From assembly GCA_000004985.1 (NCBI GenBank), contig GG738845.1: a DNA stretch of 64,000 nt; one strand, 5' to 3'. The translations under genes were made by a program, and so were the position numbers. How positions within the stretch are numbered: position 1 is the stretch's first letter; every line of letters begins with the position of its first letter. The stretch is from Naegleria gruberi (taxonomy: Eukaryota). This document shows, piece after piece, positions 31,646-41,582 of the stretch. The notes under the pieces are model-generated. The model ran no database searches, had not been told where the DNA came from, and saw only the letters and a program-made list of their open reading frames with translations.

Positions 31646-33240
31646 ATGGGTCTTCCCAGAAGTACAGTCACATCAGTGTTGAGTTTCATTCTCGGAACGA
31701 ATGATGCCTCCATGAATATGATTGCATCAAAGAAGCAACCACAATTGGAAGGTGGTGGTGATGGTGCAGGAGGAGCCACTATGGAAACTGTTATTTATAT
31801 TGATGGAAATTCATTAATTTATCACAAATTGCAAGATGTTATTCCTGTAGATGCTACTGCTTCAACATTGTTTGCTGAGAAGAGTGTTTTGAAAATTGTG
31901 GAGCAAGTTAAGGATTCTGTAATTGGTCAATTGAATCATATTTATTTGGAGAATAGACCATTTTCAAAGATTGTACTAGTTTTTGATGGTCCTTGCCCAT
32001 TGTAAGTATAGTTTCCTTGCTATCATAATTATGAATTTGGAAAAGTGCTAAAAATCAAGAACAAAGAAAACGTAGATTTGCCAATGTTTCCAGTTTGATG
32101 GCAAGTCCAGGAACTTTTTTCATGTTTAAAATTTGCCAGGAGATTTATAAATGGGCAGATGATGTGTTCTATTCACATGCCACAAAGGGAGTAGATATTA
32201 AGGTGGAATTTTCTGATTGTTTCGTACCTGGAGAGGGTGAAATTAAAATTTTAGAGGCTATAAGAAATAATCCAAATTGTAGACATGTTGTCTATACTAA
32301 GGATAGTGATTTTGTATTGCTCTTATTGACATCATGTGAGGAGAATATCATTCTTGTAAATGATTATCAGAAAATAGAAAAGATTATTCTGGTAAAGAGA
32401 GTTAGAGATCAGTTTGGATTATTTGATAATCAACAATATAAGGAAAAATTGAATAGCATACTGTTGGATATGGTATTTCTATCAATAAGTTTTGGAAATG
32501 ATTACTTGAAACCAATGTCACACGAACAAAAATTGTTAAACCTATTATTGAGATACAAGAAAAAGAAGCAAAAATATCCAGAAAAGTCTCTCGTTCATAT
32601 TGAGAAGAATACAATTGGACTAGATTTGGAGTTTTTCACCAAGATTTTAATTAAATCGAAGGATGTACAACCCTCCATGAAACGATCAGAGGAAGAAACT
32701 CTTTTAACGCTTAATTATTTGAAGAGTTTGTTGTGGTGTATTGGCACTTATGAGAGTGGAGTCTGTAGAAATTACTCACAATTCTCACATTGCACACCAC
32801 CAGTACTTTTGTCTCAAATGATTCAAGATATGAGAATTTTAGCGAAAAGGGATAAGATATTAATGTTGCCAACAATTGGTGATTCAAGCTTGTTACCAGT
32901 TACATTTTTAATGTCCATAATGCCTTTCACTGTATTTAGACAGGCGATACCAAAGAATATCATTTCATTAATTGAGTCGGATAGGTCTCTAATTGTAGAG
33001 TATCAGAATCACTCTTTAAAGCCATCAAGTTTCTTCCAATTGAAAACAATTGAACAAAAGCTACAGTCCTCCATCTCCAAGGAGAAAACAATCCAAGAGG
33101 ATGACCAGATTTGGTGTGAAAAATTACTCTATCCACCCAATACAGTGTTCAAAGTTTCGAAAAATAGAATTGAGGATATCTATCTCAGAACCAAAAAAAT
33201 AGCTAAAATCCTTAAAAAGAGCAAGTCAAATAGTAAATAA
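31646..33240 (+). CDS. XRN-family 5'-3' exonuclease-like protein (N-terminal catalytic region only), 2 exons, 516 aa
   Basis: Exons are 31646..32001 and 32046..33240, with a 44-nt intron (GTAAGT...AAAAG). Splicing restores VLVFDGPCP|FAKNQEQRKRRF (compare XRN FDGvAPrAKmnQQRsRRF). Also present: VIYIDGNSLIYH, FVPGEGEIKILEAIR and VVYTKDSDFVLLLL. The N-terminus is atypical (MGLPRSTVTS...). Confidence 0.7.
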
Positions 33241-33393
33241 TTTGAATGTGCAAAATTGTATTTATTTTGGTTGCGAACAGACTTGTCAGTGACTTTAGTT
33301 ATTTTACAAAGTTGTGCTTAGAAATTGGCTCGTGCCAAACCTAGATTAGTATTATTAATTGGTATCTCAAATAGTTCTTGAAATTGGAAATAT

Positions 33394-33993
33394 CTAGTCA
33401 TCCCACGACGACTGTTGTTTTGGAACATTCTCAAAATCTACTTCCTTATCATACTCATATCCCTCATCACCAGGTCTGATAACGTTGAATTTCTTGTCCA
33501 TCTCTGCCTTTACTCTCCTTAGGGTGACATCATCTAGCTTGTTCAAGTCTTTCTGTTGTGTTTCACTGTCTTCCTCATCCTCGTCAAAGTTATCGTCATC
33601 ACCTTGGTGATGGTACTTAGAGGTTGTATTATTGGTATTTGGGGAAGGTTTACTTTGGTTTTGTATAGATTGAGGCCTATTATCTGGAGGTAAAAATGAT
33701 TTTGTAGTAAAATCGACCAGTTTTCTGATCATTTTTGTAGTTTGATTTTCTGGAATGTGGGAGGCTAAATTCTTATGGTGCTTCATCAGGACATTAGACT
33801 TGATGTGTTCAACCAATTCATCTTCCTCTAATTCCGGATAGTTTTGTACAATGTAGTCTTCCAAGTAAATTTTTCGATGTCTGAGTTCCTTCTTTCCTTT
33901 CTTTGAAATTGTTGTATATTCAATTACGAGAGCACATAATTTCAATCTAATTCCAATTCTTAAAACATTTACATCATCGTTATTTGAGGGCAT
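33394..33993 (-). CDS. CEP19: CEP19-like centrosomal/basal-body protein, 199 aa
   Basis: The C-terminal block DLNKLDDVTLRRVKAEMDKKFNVIRPGDEGYEYDKEVDFENVPKQQSSWDD closely resembles the human CEP19 tail as I recall it ([20 protein letters not shown]...DPNFVYDIEVEF...SCGWD). The ATG is preceded by an A-tract. Confidence 0.6.
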   Translation of the reverse strand: MPSNNDDVNVLRIGIRLKLCALVIEYTTISKKGKKELRHRKIYLEDYIVQNYPELEEDELVEHIKSNVLMKHHKNLASHIPENQTTKMIRKLVDFTTKSFLPPDNRPQSIQNQSKPSPNTNNTTSKYHHQGDDDNFDEDEEDSETQQKDLNKLDDVTLRRVKAEMDKKFNVIRPGDEGYEYDKEVDFENVPKQQSSWDD

Positions 33994-34171
33994 TTTTTTT
34001 GTAGATTTTTGGAGGCAAAAATTTCGTTCAAATAAGCTTCAGTGCTACATTAAGGGAGCCTAAATATGGTAAAAACAATTCTTGTTTGTGGAAAAATTCT
34101 TCTTCTTGAAACCTATAACATGCAATATGTGTTGTTGATACATCCTACAAAGTAGTGAAACATGCTTGTTA

Positions 34172-34864
34172 TTATTCTCTCTCTGTATTATTCAATATGT
34201 ATTTTAAGGAGAGAGGATAGAAATTCTCAAAGAAATCATATTTTCTATAATCTAGATAATTGTGGGGCCACTTATCAATTCCAATCTTTTCCTTGATCTG
34301 ATAAAATTTTCTTTTAAGAGTTGATAAACTACATCCAAGAACATTGCATGCTTGCTGTTGAGTAAGATGCAAGAGACGTATCATCTCATCATCTGTAATA
34401 CTATCCACACTTCTTTTTCCTCTTTTTCCAATCATGGATGCATCGACTCGAATTATGGAAACATGTTGATCCTTTGAATAATTAAAATATGAATTCTTAT
34501 GAACATCTACTGGGCTTAACATTTGATTTTCCATGAATGTATAAACAACTTGTTCAAAGGGTTTTTCGCTAGTATTCGAACTATTGGAATCTCTATTCTT
34601 CATTTCGTACTTTCTTTTGATTTTTTTAGTTTTTTTCACTCCACCAATCCTGAATTTCGACATGTATTCGAATTGTGAGTTGGATGTTAAGCATGTGTCA
34701 TCAACATCCTCATGCACATGCATGCCATCCGTTGTCACATTAGCAGATGTGTTGTACGCAGATTCTGGTGATGGTAATCTCATACTATTGTTGTGTTGGT
34801 GTTGTTGTTGATTTCCCCTATTAATGTTTAAATAGATGTTATGGTTTGATGTTGTTTGATGCAT
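34172..34864 (-). CDS. RWP-RK domain DNA-binding protein, about 230 aa
   Basis: ITDDEMIRLLHLTQQQACNVLGCSLSTLKRKFYQIKEKIGIDKWPH matches the RWP-RK helix-turn-helix pattern (AA..LG.S.T.LKR.CR..GI.RWP), with KWPH in place of RWPxRK. The track start at 34867 is TTG; the first ATG is at 34864. Confidence 0.65.
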   Translation of the reverse strand: MHQTTSNHNIYLNINRGNQQQHQHNNSMRLPSPESAYNTSANVTTDGMHVHEDVDDTCLTSNSQFEYMSKFRIGGVKKTKKIKRKYEMKNRDSNSSNTSEKPFEQVVYTFMENQMLSPVDVHKNSYFNYSKDQHVSIIRVDASMIGKRGKRSVDSITDDEMIRLLHLTQQQACNVLGCSLSTLKRKFYQIKEKIGIDKWPHNYLDYRKYDFFENFYPLSLKYILNNTERE

Positions 34865-35857
34865 CAAGGCTGCGGAGGAGGATGTTATATTGGCTAGTGT
34901 TGAGATTTGTAGATGGATTCAAAAGCTCTGAGTACTCCATTGATGTGAAGTTGTGTTTTTTGTTGGTTTTTAATGATGGCAATGACTAGAAGAAAGAACA
35001 TAGATGAGCGAGTAAAGCTCGTCAGTGTAGATCGTTCGTTATTGGTTGGGAAGTTTTTTTGTTGTGTGTTGTTGGTGGTTCAAGGGTTGATTTCTTTGGA
35101 AAGAATAGACCTTTACTGGCCCAATTTATTATCGTTGCAACACTGGTTGAAGACAGAGAGTGTCCTTGACAATTCCATCGATTATCTTTTGGGTAATGGT
35201 GTTTTTGTGGTTTGAGATAATTTTGTTTAAGAAACTAACCAATCACATTATTCATTGTAAAATACACAACAAAAATTGAACCCAAATCATGTTTCAGATT
35301 TCTTATTATCAAGCAATGTGATATGACAGAACTATTTATTAATAATTTACATAAAATGTGATTCAAAATTTAAAACTCAAGAAAGATATTCTTCATAGTC
35401 TTCCTTCGAACTGTTAGAGAGGGATTAATTTAGAGTGATGAGGAAAAGCTATAAACGAAATAAACAATCAAGCTAATGATGGAGAGGTAAATAAAATCTA
35501 TTTAACAAGTCCGATTATTAATTATTAAAATATAATTGTTATTAAATTATCAATATCAACAACAACACATACTCATCAAAATAATTTCCCACGGTTCCAA
35601 CATGTAGTTAACACTCATAATTTGATAGTGTTTGAATTTTCTCTGAAGAAAGCCGATCATCTTGTTGCAATTTTTTATTTGATTTTAATGTCCTTGCTGC
35701 GAAAGGCAAACAGAAAAGTTATCGTTGAAAGTAATATCCTCTATCACCCTTCAACTAATTGGATGATAGAATTGTCGGTTCATGTAAGGAACGAGTAATA
35801 AGAAGAGCAAGATATAAGTAATTGGAGGAAACAACATTAAATAGATGATAAATATTT

Positions 35858-35866
35858 CCCGCCAAG
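35858..35866 (+). promoter_or_regulatory. E2F-type element TTTCCCGCCAAG, 37 nt upstream of ATG 35895
   Basis: Read directly: AATATTTCCCGCCAAGTGTT. Confidence 0.5.
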
Positions 35867-35894
35867 TGTTATTTACGAAAAAACATCAAAAAAA

Positions 35895-37295
35895 ATGAGC
35901 TCAAACCGAAGACCCAACAATAATAACACAGCACCTCCCCAACCCACAACAGCCGCTGCTAATCCAGCTGATGCTAAGAATTATGAAGAGTTGAAGGCGG
36001 AATTGGAGGAGACAAAGAGAAATAGAAATTACTACCAATTGGAAAGGGATAGAATAAATTCCTTCTGGGATATTACAAAGAAGGAAGTGGAAAATCTCAA
36101 GGGCGAGGTAAGGAACATGCAGAGGGAGATGGAAGAAAATGAAGAAAGACATCAGGTAGAATTAAAAGTGTACAAACAAAAAGTTAGACATCTTCTCTAT
36201 GAACAAAAGATCACCATTGATAGATTAAAAATTGAAAGTGAGAATGCTTTAAAGATCCAAGCTGATGAATTTAGGCAAAAATTAGCTCAATTGAAATCGG
36301 ATAAGAGAAAATTAAAAAGAGAACTCCACTCTATGGAAATAGCTTACCAAGAAGAAATCAAGGGGCTTAAAACGAATCAAGACAAAAACTTGACAAAACA
36401 AACTGAGACATTTGCAAGAAAACTTAAAGAGACCCAACTGAAATATGAAATGAAAATGAAAAAATTAAGAGAAGATTTAGAATTGAGAGGGAGAAAAGAA
36501 ACTGAAGAAATTGAAGAAAGAAAAAATACTCACATCAAACAATTAATGGAAAAACACAAACTTGCCTTTCAACAAATGAAGGATTACTATATAACTATTA
36601 CTAGAAATAACTTGGAATTAATCAAAACTCTGAAAGATGAAGCTGCACTGATGAAACAGGAAGAAGCAGACAATGAAAAACTCATGTTGGAAATTGCTCA
36701 AGACAATAAGAGATTGAGTGAACCTCTTGTTAAGGCTCTGGCAGAAGTTAAAAAGCTCAGAAATGAATTGGCCAACTACCAAAAGGACAAGCTATCTCTC
36801 AAAAATGCCAAGAGCAGGCTGGTCATGATGGAAGATCAATTGAAGAAATTGAAATGGGAACATGAGATTTTAGAACAAAGCCATAAGCAAGTGCACAGAG
36901 AACGTGACGATCTTTACGATAAGTTTGAAAAAACTATTCATGAAGTTCAACAAAAAACACTGTTCAAGAATCAAGTTCTTGAAACAAAGGTTTATGCACT
37001 TCAAGAAACTTTGGAAAAGAAGGATGCCCAAATTCATGAAATACTCAAAGCTTGTAACATAGATGAACACACAGCCGAAGAAATCTCTGAAGGTCTTGAT
37101 AATGTCATTGAAGAAAAGAACAACACGATACGAGAACTCAAATTTGAAATTGAAAAGATGAAGAAGAGTTATAATGATTTGATACGAGTAATTAATGCCA
37201 AGATGCAACAGTATGGAATTGAGGATGAGTTAGGTATTGAACCAATCGCTAACGTTGTTGATGAAGGTGTCCCAGGTAGAGTATGGGTAAAATAA
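35895..37295 (+). CDS. GAS8: Nexin-dynein regulatory complex subunit 4 (GAS8 / PF2 / trypanin), 466 aa
   Basis: RNYYQLERDRINSFWDITKKEVENLKGEVRNMQREMEENEERHQVELKVYKQKVRHLLYEQ is near-collinear with human GAS8 ([24 protein letters not shown]...[28 protein letters not shown]). It continues through ...NKRLSEPL.. and WEHEILEQ..ERDDLYDKF..IHEVQQKT.FKN. Confidence 0.9.
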   Translation: MSSNRRPNNNNTAPPQPTTAAANPADAKNYEELKAELEETKRNRNYYQLERDRINSFWDITKKEVENLKGEVRNMQREMEENEERHQVELKVYKQKVRHLLYEQKITIDRLKIESENALKIQADEFRQKLAQLKSDKRKLKRELHSMEIAYQEEIKGLKTNQDKNLTKQTETFARKLKETQLKYEMKMKKLREDLELRGRKETEEIEERKNTHIKQLMEKHKLAFQQMKDYYITITRNNLELIKTLKDEAALMKQEEADNEKLMLEIAQDNKRLSEPLVKALAEVKKLRNELANYQKDKLSLKNAKSRLVMMEDQLKKLKWEHEILEQSHKQVHRERDDLYDKFEKTIHEVQQKTLFKNQVLETKVYALQETLEKKDAQIHEILKACNIDEHTAEEISEGLDNVIEEKNNTIRELKFEIEKMKKSYNDLIRVINAKMQQYGIEDELGIEPIANVVDEGVPGRVWVK

Positions 37296-37402
37296 GTAGC
37301 ACTAAATTCAACAAACACTAGGTTTTTTATCTTGTAAATAAAGTTAACAATTGTTATTGATTGACTATTTGCAGAATAATTGTTTTTCTATTATTAAAAA
37401 AA

Positions 37403-38209
37403 TGACAATACATCATACTTCTGATGGTATCAGAGAGGGTTATCAATTTAAAGATCCCTATATTAAAAATCTATTTAATATGATTGCAAAACAATCACCT
37501 TGTTTTCCAATTGAACCTGATCATGTTCAAGTTATCGAAACACCATCACAATTTTATGATGATTTATTGGAGGGAATTAAACATGCAAAAGACAGAGTTG
37601 TATTGAGTAGTTTATATCTAGGAACAGGAGAACAAGAGAAGAAAATTATTCAAGTCTAAGGACTCTTCTATAGCTCTCACTAGCGCCTATTTTAACTTTA
37701 CAGATGAATATATGGAAAGAGTATTGACTACACCATGTACAGACATTTCAATACTCACTGCCTCACCGGCTGCAAATGGATTTTTTACAGCAACTGGCAT
37801 TTCAAAGAATATTCCAATGGCATATGATACTATGGAGCAATCATTTTTTTCTGCAGTTGAGAGAAATCAAAAATTGGGATCCATCAAATTATTCGAATAC
37901 AATAGAGAGAAGTGGACTTTCCATGCCAAAGGATTGTGGCTCTATTCTCCAAACAAAACTATTAATGCACCATTTCTAACCATGATTGGAAGTAGTAATT
38001 TTGGACAACGATCAACAGAAAGAGATGTCGAATCTCAAATAATTTTAATGACTGAGGATGAAAAGTTAATGCAAACATTAGAGAAGGAGAGACAAGGTCT
38101 CGCCAATTACTCCAAACTTGTAACAAGAGCTACTTTTGCCTCTCCTGAGAGAAAGATTGGCAAAGTTTCACAGTTTTTAGTTTCCAAGTTTTTCCATAAA
38201 TTCCTTTAA
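37403..38209 (+). pseudogene. PGS1: PGS1-like (PLD-type phosphatidylglycerophosphate synthase) locus, apparently disrupted: N-terminal and C-terminal pieces only, in different frames
   Basis: Piece 1 (frame 1, stop at 37657-37659) reads ...IETPSQFYDDLLEGIKHAKDRVVLSSLYLGTGEQEKKII. Piece 2 (frame 2, open from 37622) reads ...IALTSAYFNFTDEYMERVL...ILTASPAANGFF...WTFHAKGLWLY...MIGSSNFGQRSTERDVESQ (second HKD). About 200 aa containing the first HKD (GLQHMKIY..SGANLSNDYFTNRQDRY in yeast Pgs1) have no counterpart. I found no GT..AG pair that joins the frames. Confidence 0.5.
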
Positions 38210-38212
38210 TTT

Positions 38213-41200
38213 TTATTCCAAATCTTTGAAATACTTTTCCATCTCGGCACTAGCTTTGAGATTCTTTGGATTTAATGGATAAGGATACAAATCGCCCTTA
38301 AGAGTCTTTCTCAAGTATTTATAACCTTGCTTTCCATCAGCTTTAGAAATGATTACTTTTGATAAAGTACCTTCAGGTAAGCACATTGAAGTAATTACGT
38401 GACCTCCTCTCTTGAGTGGAGTATCAGTAATACGAGGCCATCTAAATGATTGAAGAGAAAATTCTCTTGCATAACCTCTCAATTCCTTTCTAAGTGCAAT
38501 TTCCTTTTCCACAACAGAATCTGGAAGTTGCTCTCTTATTTGTTTCTTTCTCATTTCTTCTTCTTCTTCTTTTTCTACTTGCTCTCCATATTTAAATCCA
38601 TCAAGTCCATGTCTCTTGAAAGCAATGAATGAGTAATTTTCATTTTCATATTGTTTTTTAGCTTGCTTGGTCAACTTTTGGAATTCTTCGCGCTCCACTC
38701 TTTGTGCAAAGTGACACCATTTTGGAGTGCCGGCCATTGGACAAACTGAATCATGAGGGCATGGGGCCAATATTGTTGGCTTATCATTAATGTTAATGTA
38801 TTTTTGTGTGAGTACTGTTGATCTAGCCTCTCTGATAAAATCAAATCCAACAGGTGTACCTGGTTCAATAATTATCAAAACACCAGATGTTAGTTTCCAC
38901 AGTGCCTTTACAATTCTTTCTCTTTCTTGAGAGTTAGACAATTCATTCATTACAAATGAGGCAACAACAAGGTCATATTGCTTACTAGAATGTTCATTCA
39001 AAAAACGTCTCCATGTAATGTGTGGTTTGTTGTTCATATATTCGAATAATCTGGAAGCAACGTCCATCATTGCAGTAGACGGTTCAACAGCCATCACTTC
39101 TTTCACACTTCCTCCAAAAGCTTCATGAGCTGCCCAAATGGTAGTACCTGGTCCAGTACCAAAATCAAGCATTGTCTTTGGTTCAAAGTCAGGCATTCTC
39201 ATTACAGCCTCTGAAAATACTCTATATGATGTACCATAGATGGCAGGAAGTCTGTGGGCAATATATGCAGCAGATTCCAACTCCTTATAAATAATTTGAG
39301 GATTATAAGTTCTATTAAATTCCTCTTCACTATCCTTTTTCATCTTTTCAATATCAATAGGTCTCTTCTTTTTTTTTGAGGTTTCCTTGTAACTTCTCAA
39401 ATGTTTGAGAACTTCCAATTGTTCCCTGAATAATTCATCTTCAGGACTTTCATCCTTATTCAATTTCTTTTCTTCATCAGATCTGCTGAAAACTTTTGGA
39501 TTCTTATCCAAGCCATTAGTTCTCAATCTAAAGGCAGCACTTAGAATTTGAGCAGTTCTTTGAATCAAATTCTTTGGATATTCAGATACAATCTCAGATA
39601 CACCCTCAACAAGTTCTGGAGGAAGACTAATAGAACCAATACTCATATTGGCTATTTCCTTTCTAAGCTTATCCTCGTTTTCTTTTGTAGATTTCTTCAA
39701 GTATGGGTGTATATCCTCTGAAAACATTGCATATTCTGATTTGGTTTCATATTCAGATAATAGTAAATTCTTTTCTTCCAACGATTGGAAAATTTGGTTT
39801 GGGTCATCATCCCCCAAGTATTCATCCAAAAGATTCGAAATTGGTGTCTCATTCTCTTCATTTTCCAATTCGTCTTGCAGTTTATCATAAGCTGTAGTTT
39901 TTTCTATTTTTTTAGGTTGAGTTTTTTCCTTCTTCTTTTTAATGATTTCATCATCTTTAAGAATGGTATTAAGATCTGAAATATCATATCCATATTCTAA
40001 AAAGTAGTTTTTAGCATCTATCAATTTCTTCTCCAAATCTCTCTCATCAAAATTTGAGCTTTCCAAATCTACCTCATCCTTGGTACTTTCATCAACTAGT
40101 AAATCTCTTAGAGGTATTCTTCCCTTTGATCCTGCAACTATAAGTGGTTTCGTTTGGTCCTTATTGGTGGCATTTTTAACCTTTTCCACAACTTTCTTTG
40201 TATTGGTTCCAATTGGGTAGAGGATTAATATTTTTCTACCATGATTGTTTTGTATTACTGGTGAGTATCCCTTTAATTCCCATTGTTTGTTAAATTCAAC
40301 TGGATTTGACATGGCATTACTATATTGTTCATCTGTTAAATTCAAGATGGTTGTGGAGAATGTTGGACTAGATTCATTTTGATCCACTTCTGGTTTTTCT
40401 TTACTTGAGTCCATTGTTTCTTTGTGAGCTAATTCTTCATAACTAGATGGTTTCTTATTGACGGTGGAGAGTCTTTGGGATAATTTTTGGAGATCGGTCT
40501 TTTTGTGAGGTTTTGAGGAGAGCTTATCACTCTCAACAATTTCAATATTCTTTGGCAATTGTTTCTTTGGTCTTTCGACATCCTCTTCCTCTTCCTCAGT
40601 AATACTATTTACAAATTGTTTGAATGAAATATCTTCTTTTCCTCTCTTCTCCTCCTCTTCCTCTGGTACAGAATTCACATAGTCTTCGTATGCTTTTTTG
40701 AGTTCTGCCTTCTTTTTCTTTTTTTCTTCAATTTCCTCTGGTGTACTGTCCATGTCAGGGAGAAGAATATTTTCCAAATTGTATCTGACATCATGTTTAA
40801 TACCCCATTCAACAACTTTCGAGATGTCATCCTCAGTGTTTACCTTATTTTGTAAGAGGTTTGCAAATTTCTTATCTTGTAATTTAGTTGTTGTGTATTC
40901 TGCAACAGGCATTGAGCTTGTATCTATTTGATCTCGTTTAGGTTTGTTAACAAGAATTTTGAATGATGATTCATCTTTCTTTCTAGATTCCTCCTTTTTC
41001 TTTTCTAGTTCCTTTGCTTCCTTCAACCTGGATTCTTTCATCTCTTTCCTCAATTTTTGAACAAGTGCTACAACATCCTCTTCCTCCATATTATTTTTTC
41101 CATCAGTTACCTTTTGATTTGTGATAGTAGTGGTATTTGGTTGTTGTGGGTTGGATAATTTTGTGGTACTTTTTGGAATCTCTGAAGATACCTTCTTTTT

Positions 41201-41452
41201 CGTTTTGTTGCTGGCTTGTTCTATTTTCTTATTGTTGGATTTAGTTGTGTTCATTGGTTTGTTGTTACTATTCTTTTTAATTCCCGATGATTTTTCCATG
41301 GATGAAAGTAGAGAATCAATAGAAGATTTCTTCTCTAGAAAAAGTGTTGTAGAGAATAACCTATTGTTATTTCCAATCAGAGGCAATTTTCTAGAAAGAG
41401 GCAATCCCGACAAGGAAGCTACTACTGATGACTTTCCAACGAATCTCTTCAT
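38213..41452 (-). CDS. RSM22: Rsm22/METTL17-like mitochondrial methyltransferase with a long K/E-rich N-terminal extension, 1079 aa
   Basis: The C-terminal half reads MLDFGTGPGTTIWAAHEAFGG..VMAVEPSTAMMDVA...YDLVVASFVMNEL...GVLIIIEPGTPVGFDFIREAR...ILAPCPHDSVCPM...WCHFAQRVER. This is a SAM-binding GxGxG motif plus the Rsm22 Cys cluster. Confidence 0.75.
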   Translation of the reverse strand: MKRFVGKSSVVASLSGLPLSRKLPLIGNNNRLFSTTLFLEKKSSIDSLLSSMEKSSGIKKNSNNKPMNTTKSNNKKIEQASNKTKKKVSSEIPKSTTKLSNPQQPNTTTITNQKVTDGKNNMEEEDVVALVQKLRKEMKESRLKEAKELEKKKEESRKKDESSFKILVNKPKRDQIDTSSMPVAEYTTTKLQDKKFANLLQNKVNTEDDISKVVEWGIKHDVRYNLENILLPDMDSTPEEIEEKKKKKAELKKAYEDYVNSVPEEEEEKRGKEDISFKQFVNSITEEEEEDVERPKKQLPKNIEIVESDKLSSKPHKKTDLQKLSQRLSTVNKKPSSYEELAHKETMDSSKEKPEVDQNESSPTFSTTILNLTDEQYSNAMSNPVEFNKQWELKGYSPVIQNNHGRKILILYPIGTNTKKVVEKVKNATNKDQTKPLIVAGSKGRIPLRDLLVDESTKDEVDLESSNFDERDLEKKLIDAKNYFLEYGYDISDLNTILKDDEIIKKKKEKTQPKKIEKTTAYDKLQDELENEENETPISNLLDEYLGDDDPNQIFQSLEEKNLLLSEYETKSEYAMFSEDIHPYLKKSTKENEDKLRKEIANMSIGSISLPPELVEGVSEIVSEYPKNLIQRTAQILSAAFRLRTNGLDKNPKVFSRSDEEKKLNKDESPEDELFREQLEVLKHLRSYKETSKKKKRPIDIEKMKKDSEEEFNRTYNPQIIYKELESAAYIAHRLPAIYGTSYRVFSEAVMRMPDFEPKTMLDFGTGPGTTIWAAHEAFGGSVKEVMAVEPSTAMMDVASRLFEYMNNKPHITWRRFLNEHSSKQYDLVVASFVMNELSNSQERERIVKALWKLTSGVLIIIEPGTPVGFDFIREARSTVLTQKYININDKPTILAPCPHDSVCPMAGTPKWCHFAQRVEREEFQKLTKQAKKQYENENYSFIAFKRHGLDGFKYGEQVEKEEEEEMRKKQIREQLPDSVVEKEIALRKELRGYAREFSLQSFRWPRITDTPLKRGGHVITSMCLPEGTLSKVIISKADGKQGYKYLRKTLKGDLYPYPLNPKNLKASAEMEKYFKDLE

Positions 41453-41582
41453 TTTTTTTGATGTGAATATTGACTTGAAGAAATTATTGTAGAAAGTATC
41501 ACTCTAGGCCTTTATTGTCTTTGTCACATCTACTGCAAGGTGGAGCAGCTTGATAAAATACACAACACTGTTAATTTACAAT

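Noticed and set aside
34006-34016. Degenerate copy of the promoter element upstream of CEP19 (minus-strand GCCTCCAAAAA, about 22 nt before ATG 33993) and GCCGCTAAA at about 13370
   Set aside because: Each has one mismatch in the GC core and different spacing. They cannot be separated from chance without a genome-wide weight matrix, so I did not count them as sites.
34973-35215. 80-aa ORF in the long RWP-RK/DRC4 spacer, and other isolated short ORFs (1054-1275, 5240-5554, 13482-13700, 44786-45013, 47936-48121, 49233-49565, 59603-59887)
   Set aside because: They have no conserved motifs and no A-tract start context. They overlap promoters, UTRs or introns of supported genes.
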